Assembly: GCA_017883135.1 (NCBI GenBank)
Contig: JADGOE010000008.1
Coordinates: 72 to 64,071 of the forward strand
Direction of reading: 5' to 3'
DNA: 64,000 bases
Source of the DNA: Acidimicrobiales bacterium
GTDB taxonomy: Bacteria; Actinomycetota; Acidimicrobiia; Acidimicrobiales; RAAP-2
Part shown: in pieces, positions 17,989-25,436 of the stretch
Position numbering within the stretch: position 1 is the stretch's first letter
Layout: each line of letters starts with the position of its first letter
Program-made: the position numbers and the translations under genes
Notes under the pieces: generated by a model
The model's database searches: none
Seen by the model: the letters and a program-made list of their open reading frames with translations, nothing else
What the model was told of the DNA's origin: nothing

Positions 17989-19913
17989 ACGAGGAGCCTG
18001 ACCGCCGGGCCGACCCGGGCCCGCGACACCGAGCAGCGCCTGCGTGGCGGGCGACCACGGTCGCTGGGCTCACCTACCTGCTCATGTCCCTCGGTCTGTG
18101 GTGGGGGATCTGGTCCACCCACCCGTCGACCACTACGACCTGCGGGTGCGGCGACGCCGCGCGATTCCTCTGGTTCTTCGAGTGGCCAGCCTTCGCCCTC
18201 ACCCACGGCCACAGCGTCCTCTACTCGCAGTGGCTGTTCCACCCTGGCGGCATCAACCTGCTCAACGACACCAGCGTGCTCGCCCTCGGGATCGCGCTCT
18301 CCCCGGTGACCCTGGTGGCAGGTCCAGTGGCAGCGATGAACGTGGGGCTGACCCTGGCACCGGTCCTCTCCGCGCTGGCCATGTTCGCGCTCCTGCGCCG
18401 CTGGGTGAGCTGGTCGCCCGCCGCCTTCGTCGGCGGCCTGGCCTACGGGTTCTCGCCGTTCCTGATCACCGAGCTCGCACTCAACCAGTTGAACATCGCG
18501 TTCTTGGCCATCCCTCCGCTGGTGGTCATGGCCCTCGACGAGCTGCTGGTGCGCCAGCGCCGCTCGCCCTGGCGCACCGGCGTCCTGCTGGCCGTGCTGG
18601 TGGTGGTCGAGTTCTTCGTCAGCACCGAGGTGCTCCTCGTCCTGTGCCTCTTCTCCCTCGTCGCCGTGGCGATGATGGTCGGGTTCACCTGCCTGCGCGA
18701 GGCCGGCGAGGTGGGACCCCGGGTCCGCCACGCCCTGCAGGCGTCGGCAACCGCCCTCGTCGTTGCGGCGGTGCTGCTCGCGTACCCGTTGTGGTTCCTA
18801 TTGCGCGGCCCCGCGCACCTTGCCGGCCCGATCTGGTCGAACGGCGCCATCGACCGGTACGGCAACACCGTGGCCAGCTTCTGGACCACCGGGGGGCTGG
18901 GCCAGCTCCGGGGGGAGATGCTCCGTTTCGGTGGCTACCAGGGCCCCACCCTCCCCGGCCTCGGCTATCTCGGGGCGGGTGTCGTTGTGGTGGCCGTGGT
19001 CGGGGCGTTGGTGTGGCGCCACGATCGTCGGCTCCTCCTGTTCGGGGGGCTCGGGTTGGTAGCGGCCGTACTGTCGCTCGGACCCGGCCACGGGTACTGG
19101 GTGCCGTGGCAGGTCGTCGAGAAGGTCCCGTTGGTCGGTGACATCGTGGAGGTGCGATTCTCCGTCGTGGTCACCCTCTGCGTGGCAGTCATGGCAGCGG
19201 TGGTGATCGACCGGACCCGCACCTGGCTGGCATCCCGCCGGAGCGAGGTCCGCGGACTCGCCGGCGACGTGGCGGCGGGGGCGCTGGCAGCGGCCATGCT
19301 GGTCCCCACCGCGGTTGCCCTCTGGCCCAACGTGCCGCTGACGGCGCGGGCGGTGGTGCTGCCCCGCTGGTACGCCGAGGTCGGGGCAGTCCTGCCCGCA
19401 GGAAGGGTGGTGCTCTCCTACCCGGCGCCCTTCTCCGGCCTGCAGTCCTCGCAGGCGTGGCAGGCGGTCGACCGGATGCGCTACGCCCAGGCCGGGGGAG
19501 GCGGGCCGGAGGGCCAGGCCGGAAGGGCGGGCACCGCCAGGGCCGGATTCGACGTGCTGTTCGGCGCATCCCTGGCCCTGGGACGCGCCCCGGGGCCCAG
19601 CCCGGCGAATCTGGCCGCGATCAGGCAGGCGCTGGCGGTGTGGGGGGTGACCACCGTGGTGATCCCCGACGAGCCGGCGGCGCCCCCCTACGACCAGGGA
19701 CGCAGTACTTCCTACGCCGTTGGACTGCTGACGGCTGTGATGGGACGGCGGCCCGCCTACGAACATGCAGCCTGGGTGTGGTCGTCAGTCGCGGTGAAGG
19801 GAACCCCGATCCCGATGACCGCGTCCGCCTTCGACGACTGCACCACCGGGGCGGTCGCCTCACTTCCGTCCCGTCAGGCCGTCCCCACCTGCGTGCTGGG
19901 ATACGCCGGATGA
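17985..19913 (+). CDS. CxCxD-motif polytopic membrane protein, paralogue 4
   Basis: 642 aa. The ATG at 17985 overlaps the upstream TGA (ATGA). Motifs: THPSTTTTCGCGDAARFLWFFEWPAFALTHGHSVLYS, NDTS, GFSPF, AGGGGP, VWGVTTVVIP, AWVW. Confidence 0.85.
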   Translation: MNEEPDRRADPGPRHRAAPAWRATTVAGLTYLLMSLGLWWGIWSTHPSTTTTCGCGDAARFLWFFEWPAFALTHGHSVLYSQWLFHPGGINLLNDTSVLALGIALSPVTLVAGPVAAMNVGLTLAPVLSALAMFALLRRWVSWSPAAFVGGLAYGFSPFLITELALNQLNIAFLAIPPLVVMALDELLVRQRRSPWRTGVLLAVLVVVEFFVSTEVLLVLCLFSLVAVAMMVGFTCLREAGEVGPRVRHALQASATALVVAAVLLAYPLWFLLRGPAHLAGPIWSNGAIDRYGNTVASFWTTGGLGQLRGEMLRFGGYQGPTLPGLGYLGAGVVVVAVVGALVWRHDRRLLLFGGLGLVAAVLSLGPGHGYWVPWQVVEKVPLVGDIVEVRFSVVVTLCVAVMAAVVIDRTRTWLASRRSEVRGLAGDVAAGALAAAMLVPTAVALWPNVPLTARAVVLPRWYAEVGAVLPAGRVVLSYPAPFSGLQSSQAWQAVDRMRYAQAGGGGPEGQAGRAGTARAGFDVLFGASLALGRAPGPSPANLAAIRQALAVWGVTTVVIPDEPAAPPYDQGRSTSYAVGLLTAVMGRRPAYEHAAWVWSSVAVKGTPIPMTASAFDDCTTGAVASLPSRQAVPTCVLGYAG

Positions 19914-20056
19914 CGGACGGCGCCCAGTCCGGTTCGATCGGCCGAATGGGAGCGCCCATCGTCCGACAGGGCCGGGTGACGGGGGCCGCGATGTCTCCCG
20001 TCGGGGAGCGGGCACGGAGGCGGGTCGCACTCACCACGCGCGGTAGTGGTTCGGTT

Positions 20057-20080
20057 CTGGCAGGTTGAACCTTCTGCCAG
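20057..20080. terminator. Hairpin between convergent gene ends (possible bidirectional intrinsic terminator)
   Basis: ctggcag-gttgaacctt-ctgccag gives a perfect 7-bp stem with a 10-nt loop. It lies between the stop of paralogue 4 (19913) and the stop of the minus-strand ORF at 20091. There is no U-tract. Confidence 0.3.
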
Positions 20081-20090
20081 ATGATCGTGA

Positions 20091-20486
20091 TCACACAGGG
20101 GGAGCGAAAGGGTCTGAATCGTCCCTCTTGTCCCTGGCTTCGATGATCTCCCGCCTGAGTCCGATGAGTTGCGGGCTGGGCAGGTAGAACCTGCCTCTCC
20201 GTTCGCCATGAGGAACCAGAAGCTCGGCCTCGACGAGTTGGCGAAGATCACGACTGGCTACGGCTTCGCTGATCAGATCCTCAGCAGACTCCTCGAATAT
20301 GGCACGGTACGTTGCGTTGCGAACGGGGTAGCCCATTGCCGCATCCCAAAGTATTGAAATGGTCCGATCCGGAAGTCCTTTCTGCTTCGTAATGCGCTCC
20401 AGCTTCCCCCACAGCTGCTCGCTTTCCTTCACCCGGCGCAGGAGTGTCCTGGCTTGACGCAGATGGGCCGACAGGATGAGGTGAAC
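20091..20486 (-). pseudogene. Orphan winged-helix fragment resembling the C-terminus of a Fic-family protein (possible gene remnant, or a small stand-alone wHTH protein)
   Basis: ~131 codons from an internal GTG; the rest of the 207-aa ORF overlaps the Fic gene upstream. Contains ASRDLRQLVEAELLVPHGERRGRFY, the same kind of segment as the C-terminus of the Fic at 5232-6407. No Fic core is present. AT-richer DNA. Confidence 0.4.
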
Positions 20487-20542
20487 CCTCGGCCTTGCGT
20501 CGCGGTCCGGATGCCAGGCCCCGGCGCTCCTGCGGTGCGGGC

Positions 20543-21817
20543 TTACCGTCTCGGCCGGCCGCGACCCGGAACGGTGCGCGTCGGCCCGGCCACGGCGGTA
20601 TCGGCGGCCGGCGACGCCAGCCGTCGCTCGAACCCGGTAAGGGCATCGAGGAGTCCGGCGACCTCGAAGACACGGTTGCGCCGTCCGATGGTGCCCTGGA
20701 CGAGGACGCCGCACTCGGCCAGGTGGTTGACGGCGTCGTTGGTGCGCTTGCGGGAACGGCCGATGGCCGAGGATGCCGTCTCGACAGTGAGGATGGGGAG
20801 TCCCGGCAACGCCGACAACAGCACGTCCGTCGCCGAGGTGCGGCGCACCTGTCCGGCGGCGTCACGCCAGCGTTGCTCAAGGCGGGCAAGCTCCTCGGCG
20901 AAGCCCGCTGCGTCGGCACAGGCGCGCAGCAGCTCGTTCACGAACTGATCGATCCACTGGAGTGCTGCCTCGTTGGAAGACGCCTGGTCGGCCCGCCCGT
21001 CGTAGCGGAAGGAGACCAGGCCGGCGATGTAGGCCCCGGCATTGGTGGCCAGGATCAGGCTCACCGGAGGGACGAAGGTGGGCGCCACCCCGCGCCGTCG
21101 GAGGACGAGATGGATGAGGGCCCGTCCCACCCGACCGTTCCCATCGACGAAGGGATGGATGGTCTCGAACTGTGCGTGCGCGAGGGCGGCCTGGACGATG
21201 GTCGGGTAGTCGTCGCTCGAGAGGAAGTCGCACAGGTCCTCCAAGAGAGCGGGGACCTGCTCGTGCGGTGGTGGCACGTAGGCGGCCCGGCAGGGATTGG
21301 TACCCCCGATCCAGTTCTGGTCGGTGCGCACCACGCCACCCCAGCGCTCGTCGCGCGTGCCGGCGAGGAGGTCGCGGTGCAGTGCACAGAGGTCATCGAC
21401 GGTGAGCGCCCGGTCGAGGTCGGCGAGGTCGAGCGCCCCACGCAGGGCGCGGATGTTCCCGAGTACCGACCGGGCGGTGTGGTCGTTGGTCGGGAGGCCG
21501 ACCTGCTCGGCGAACTCCTCCTTGGCCAGGCGGCGGGCATTGACCTGGAGCCCTTCGATGTAGGACGACCCGACCGCCTCGGCGCGGAGCAACAAGCGGG
21601 CCACCGATTCGGTGCTGGCCAGGCCCACCGGGCTGTGCTGGAGTGCGGCGATCGCCCGGTCGGCATCGGCCAGGTCGGCCACGAGGTCGGCAGGGAGCGT
21701 GAGGGTGCGCGACGCGAGGCGGTCCGGGACGTAGGTACGGTACGACCAGGCAGCACGATCCCGCCGGGTCTGGCCGGTAGGGGTACCTTCCCAGATGTGG
21801 TCTTCGAAGTGGGCCAT
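20543..21817 (-). CDS. Fic/DOC family protein (class with N-terminal inhibitory helix, C-terminal wHTH)
   Basis: 424 aa. Fic motif HPFVDGNGRVGRAL. SSYIEGL matches [S/T]xxxE[G/N]. C-terminal AVNHLAECGVLVQGTIGRRNRVFE looks like a wHTH. Confidence 0.9.
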   Translation of the reverse strand: MAHFEDHIWEGTPTGQTRRDRAAWSYRTYVPDRLASRTLTLPADLVADLADADRAIAALQHSPVGLASTESVARLLLRAEAVGSSYIEGLQVNARRLAKEEFAEQVGLPTNDHTARSVLGNIRALRGALDLADLDRALTVDDLCALHRDLLAGTRDERWGGVVRTDQNWIGGTNPCRAAYVPPPHEQVPALLEDLCDFLSSDDYPTIVQAALAHAQFETIHPFVDGNGRVGRALIHLVLRRRGVAPTFVPPVSLILATNAGAYIAGLVSFRYDGRADQASSNEAALQWIDQFVNELLRACADAAGFAEELARLEQRWRDAAGQVRRTSATDVLLSALPGLPILTVETASSAIGRSRKRTNDAVNHLAECGVLVQGTIGRRNRVFEVAGLLDALTGFERRLASPAADTAVAGPTRTVPGRGRPRR

Positions 21818-22059
21818 GCAACTGTCCTCTCGTCAGTCATCATAGTGTCGGTTAGGCGGTAAGTGACACTATGGACCAATCGGAGGGGACAGTTAGCGGG
21901 GCCGGTTCGGTGGCACCACCGGCAACCACGACCCGGCCCACCTGCCACTTGGAGGCTGCCTCCGACCGCGGACGACGACCGGCTAAATCAGCCGACTCCA
22001 CCCATTTACCTGCCAAGACAACTCAGAAGTCCACCAAACGCCGAATGGTGCGGGGGCTT

Positions 22060-22095
22060 GCTCGCGATGCAGGTCAACGAGGAACGTCTGGTCGT
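22060..22095 (+). repeat. Left copy of a ~37-nt imperfect direct repeat flanking the vapBC cassette
   Basis: gctcgcgatgcaggtcaacgaggaacgtctggtcgt versus 23174-23210 gttcgcgaatgcaggccaacgaggaacgtctcgtcgt: 33 of 37 aligned positions are identical. Confidence 0.7.
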
Positions 22096-22200
22096 GAACG
22101 TGTGTTGAGCGCCTCGTTGGTTGACCACCGTGATGCCGCTTCCAACCATCGAAACTGATCACGGTTTGATGGCCACGTTGGCGGCGCCACCGTCGATGCG

Positions 22201-22220
22201 GACGGACGGACGGACGGACG
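22201..22220. repeat. Tetranucleotide microsatellite (GACG)x5
   Basis: gacggacggacggacggacg read directly, in the gene-poor stretch upstream of vapB. Confidence 0.9.
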
Positions 22221-22290
22221 ATTGCGGGTTCGGGTTTGCCGGCTGACGGACGGAGCCCGGTCCAGTTCGTTCGGCCGAAGGATGCTCCAG

Positions 22291-22320
22291 GCAGTCCACA
22301 TGGACTGCGCCCGTTAGGAT
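22291..22320 (+). promoter_or_regulatory. Perfect palindrome plus -10-like box upstream of vapB (probable autoregulatory operator with a leaderless promoter)
   Basis: gcagtcca-ca-tggactgc (22291-22308) has 8-bp perfect arms. TAGGAT (22315-22320) ends 7 nt before the ATG at 22328. Confidence 0.45.
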
Positions 22321-22327
22321 TGTCCCC

Positions 22328-22546
22328 ATGACCGAACTGCACATCGAGGTCACCGACGAGGTGGCGGAACGCCTGATGCAGGCAGCTGCAGCCCGAGGGA
22401 CCTCGACGGAATCGGTCGCTGCCGACGCCCTCGCCTCCTATGTCGAAGGGCGCCGTCACCTGAGCTTCGCCGGGACACTTCACAGTGGCCGAGATGACCT
22501 GTCCGAGCGGGTCGAGGAGATCCTGGCGTCCGATCCGTCTCAGTGA
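22328..22546 (+). CDS. vapB: Type II antitoxin, ribbon-helix-helix/VapB-like
   Basis: 72 aa. The N-terminus (LHIEVTDEVAERLMQAA) is typical of RHH antitoxins. Its stop overlaps the GTG of the PIN gene (GTGA). Confidence 0.7.
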   Translation: MTELHIEVTDEVAERLMQAAAARGTSTESVAADALASYVEGRRHLSFAGTLHSGRDDLSERVEEILASDPSQ

Positions 22547-22953
22547 TTCTTGTCGACACCGGACCGCTGATTGCGGTCCTCGACGCCGGCGATCGTCATC
22601 ATCGAGAATGTCTGGACCTGCTGGAGCGGGCCGTCGTCCCCCTCATCGTCCCGGCAACCGTTGTGGTCGAGGTCTGCCAGATGATCGAGCGGACCCGTGG
22701 TCCAGAGGCGGAAGCGGCGTTCCTCCGTGGGCTGGCTGCGGGTGAGATCATCCTCGAGGCGGTATCCCGTGCTGACCTGAGCCGGGCTGCCGAGCTCGTC
22801 GAGACTTACGCCGATCTCGGACTCGGCTTGGTCGATGCCTCCATCGTCGCCATTTCCGAACGTCTCGACATCACGAGCATCGCCACACTCGATCGTCGGG
22901 ACTTCCACGTCGTCCGCCCACGACACGTCGACGCGTTCACCCTGCTGCCTTGA
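22543..22953 (+). CDS. vapC: Type II toxin, PIN-domain ribonuclease VapC
   Basis: 136 aa. ILVDTGPLIA (Asp 1), VVVEVCQ (Glu), LVDASIVA (Asp) and TLDRRDF (Asp) are the four PIN acidic positions in the expected order. Confidence 0.9.
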   Translation: MILVDTGPLIAVLDAGDRHHRECLDLLERAVVPLIVPATVVVEVCQMIERTRGPEAEAAFLRGLAAGEIILEAVSRADLSRAAELVETYADLGLGLVDASIVAISERLDITSIATLDRRDFHVVRPRHVDAFTLLP

Positions 22954-23173
22954 TCCGAGCACCTTGACCTCCACCTGGGTAAAGGTGCTTCGTGACGCCG
23001 TTCGCTTGACCCCCAGCTCTGGAGAGGTGCATCGATTCCGCATTGGGGCGCATGGTCGCGGAAGCACAGTCGTTCGCCGTAGAGGGTGAGATATCGGTGG
23101 CGTCGTTGTCAACCTCCGTTCTCCCAGGTGACAACCACTTTGTCGCGTTTCGAAGGGCCGTTCGCCAGGGATC

Positions 23174-23210
23174 GTTCGCGAATGCAGGCCAACGAGGAAC
23201 GTCTCGTCGT
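23174..23210 (+). repeat. Right copy of the direct repeat flanking the vapBC cassette
   Basis: See 22060-22095. The two copies start 1114 nt apart, on the same strand. Confidence 0.7.
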
Positions 23211-23405
23211 CGGCGTACCGCTCTTGCTGATGGCATCCCAGGAACTGCTTCGCCGGAACTGTGTCGTCAGTAGCGGGTCCCTGCCCCGGCCGGCCACCGA
23301 TACGATGGCGCCCGTGGTAGAGCCCGCCGGCCAGCCTGCTCGGGGCAGGGCGATGCCCAGGGGGCCCCTCGTCTCCTCAGCGATGCGCGTCGAGGCGGTG
23401 CCGTC

Positions 23406-25436
23406 GTGACGACCACCGACCATGCCACGGTGGGACTCCTTGCCGCCGAGCCGACGACGGACACCCCGGTCGACACCTCGCTGCAGGCGCCCGGGCGCGA
23501 CGCCGGGCCGGTCACCGCCGGCCGGCTGCGAACGCTGCTGATCGCGGCGGCCGCCTACCTCGTGTGTTCGTTGATCGTGTGGTCCCATGTGTGGTGGAGC
23601 CACCCGACCTCGGTCACCACCTGCGGGTGTGGTGACACCTCCCTGTTCCTCTGGTACCTCGAGTGGCCGGCCTATGCGATCTCCCACGGCCTCGACCCGC
23701 TGTACTCGACGGCCATGTTCCATCCGGGCGGGGTCAACCTGCTGGCCAACACCAGCGAGCTGGCCATCGGCGTGGCGCTGGCCCCGGTCACCTGGCTGTT
23801 CGGTCCGGTGGCAAGCCTGAACGTGGCCCTCACCCTCAGCCCGGTCCTTTCCGGCCTGGCCATGTTCTGGCTGCTGGGCCGATGGGTGTCGTGGGCGCCC
23901 GCCGCGTTCGTCGGTGGCCTGCTCTACGGCTTCTCCCCGCTGGTGCTGGTCAGCCTGACCGACGCCCACCTCATGCTCGGGATGGCGGTGGTGCCTCCTC
24001 TGGTCGTCGCCTGCCTGGACGAGGCGCTGATCCGGCAACGCCGTCGACCGGTCGTGGTCGGGGTGGCCCTGGGACTGCTGGTCGCCCTGCAGTTCTTCAT
24101 CGGCACCGAGGTGCTCACCATCATGGTGATCACCGGAGCCATCGGCATTCTCCTCGTGGTCCTGTACGGGGCGCGGTACCCCGACGAGTTCCGGCGACGG
24201 GTCCGCCACGCCACCGTCGCCCTCGGCGCCGCCGGGGTCACCGCGGTGGTCCTGTTGGGCTATCCGGCGTGGTTCGCGCTGGCCGGTCCCGCCCACTACT
24301 CGGGGGTCGTCTGGCCCGGGTCGGCGATCGGCTTCGGCGGCACGGCGTTGAAGGGCTACCTGCTCCCCACGCCGGCCTCTCCCGGCTTCACCAATCTCGC
24401 CCACCAGCTGGGCGGGTACCAGGGCCTCACCCTGTCGGGCCAGTACCTCGGAGTCGGCCTCCTCGCGGTGCTGATCGGCGGCGTCATCGCCTGGCGCCAC
24501 GACCGGCGGCTCTGGCTGTTCGGCACCGTCGCTGTCGTCTCGGTGGTGCTCTCCCTGGGCATGGAGAACCACTACTGGGTGCCGTGGCGGGCGCTGGTGT
24601 GGCTCCCGCTGATCCAGAACATCATCCCGAGCCGGTTCGTCGCCATGACGTACCTGGCCGTGGCGGTGATGCTCGGGCTGATCATCGACCACACGTGGGA
24701 GGCCGCCAACCGATGGCGCACCAGGGCTGACCCCCGGCCGACCGGACGACCGGAAGGGAGTCGAGGCGGGTGGGCCGGTGCCGCTGCAGGGGTCGTCGTC
24801 GCGGGGATCGCCCTCGTCCCCACTGCGACCTACCTGGCAGCCAGCACCCCGATGACCACCCAACCGGTCATCGTCCCGACCTGGTTCCGGACCGTCGCCC
24901 CGCGGCTGGGCGGGCGCCAGGTGCTCCTCGTGCTGCCTGCGCCGTTCTCCTTCATCGAGAGCGCCCTCACCTGGCAGGCCGTCGACAGGATGCACTTCTC
25001 GATGGTGGGAGGCGGAGGGCCCGGCGGCATCCTCGCGCGGGCCGGCGCCGAACGCGAGGGCCAGGCCGTCATCGCAGATACCTCCTTCTCCTTCAACCCC
25101 CGCACCATCAGCACCGGCGACATCGCCGCGGTCCGACGGGCACTTGCCGGCTGGGGAGTCACCACGGCCGTCCTCCCCGACCAACCCGGCCTTCCGGCCT
25201 ATGAACGGGTCCGCTCCGTGCGTGCATCGGCGACACTGCTGACAGCCGCCATCGGCGAGCGGCCGATCCACCAGGCGGGCGCGTGGGTGTGGGCCGGGGT
25301 GCGCCATGCCGGCCCCCCGGTGCTCCTGAGCGCGGCCGCCTACGCGCAGTGCGCCGCCGACGTGTCGGCCGGCGGGTACGACTCGGTGGAAGGGGCGACC
25401 GCGTGCGTGCTCGCCGCCGCCCCGGGGGGACCGTGA
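23406..25436 (+). CDS. CxCxD-motif polytopic membrane protein, paralogue 5
   Basis: 676 aa with GTG start. Motifs: SHPTSVTTCGCGDTSLFLWYLEWPAYAISHGLDPLYS, ANTS, APVTWLFGPVASLN, GFSPL, MVGGGGP, GWGVTTAVLP, AWVW. Confidence 0.85.
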   Translation: MTTTDHATVGLLAAEPTTDTPVDTSLQAPGRDAGPVTAGRLRTLLIAAAAYLVCSLIVWSHVWWSHPTSVTTCGCGDTSLFLWYLEWPAYAISHGLDPLYSTAMFHPGGVNLLANTSELAIGVALAPVTWLFGPVASLNVALTLSPVLSGLAMFWLLGRWVSWAPAAFVGGLLYGFSPLVLVSLTDAHLMLGMAVVPPLVVACLDEALIRQRRRPVVVGVALGLLVALQFFIGTEVLTIMVITGAIGILLVVLYGARYPDEFRRRVRHATVALGAAGVTAVVLLGYPAWFALAGPAHYSGVVWPGSAIGFGGTALKGYLLPTPASPGFTNLAHQLGGYQGLTLSGQYLGVGLLAVLIGGVIAWRHDRRLWLFGTVAVVSVVLSLGMENHYWVPWRALVWLPLIQNIIPSRFVAMTYLAVAVMLGLIIDHTWEAANRWRTRADPRPTGRPEGSRGGWAGAAAGVVVAGIALVPTATYLAASTPMTTQPVIVPTWFRTVAPRLGGRQVLLVLPAPFSFIESALTWQAVDRMHFSMVGGGGPGGILARAGAEREGQAVIADTSFSFNPRTISTGDIAAVRRALAGWGVTTAVLPDQPGLPAYERVRSVRASATLLTAAIGERPIHQAGAWVWAGVRHAGPPVLLSAAAYAQCAADVSAGGYDSVEGATACVLAAAPGGP

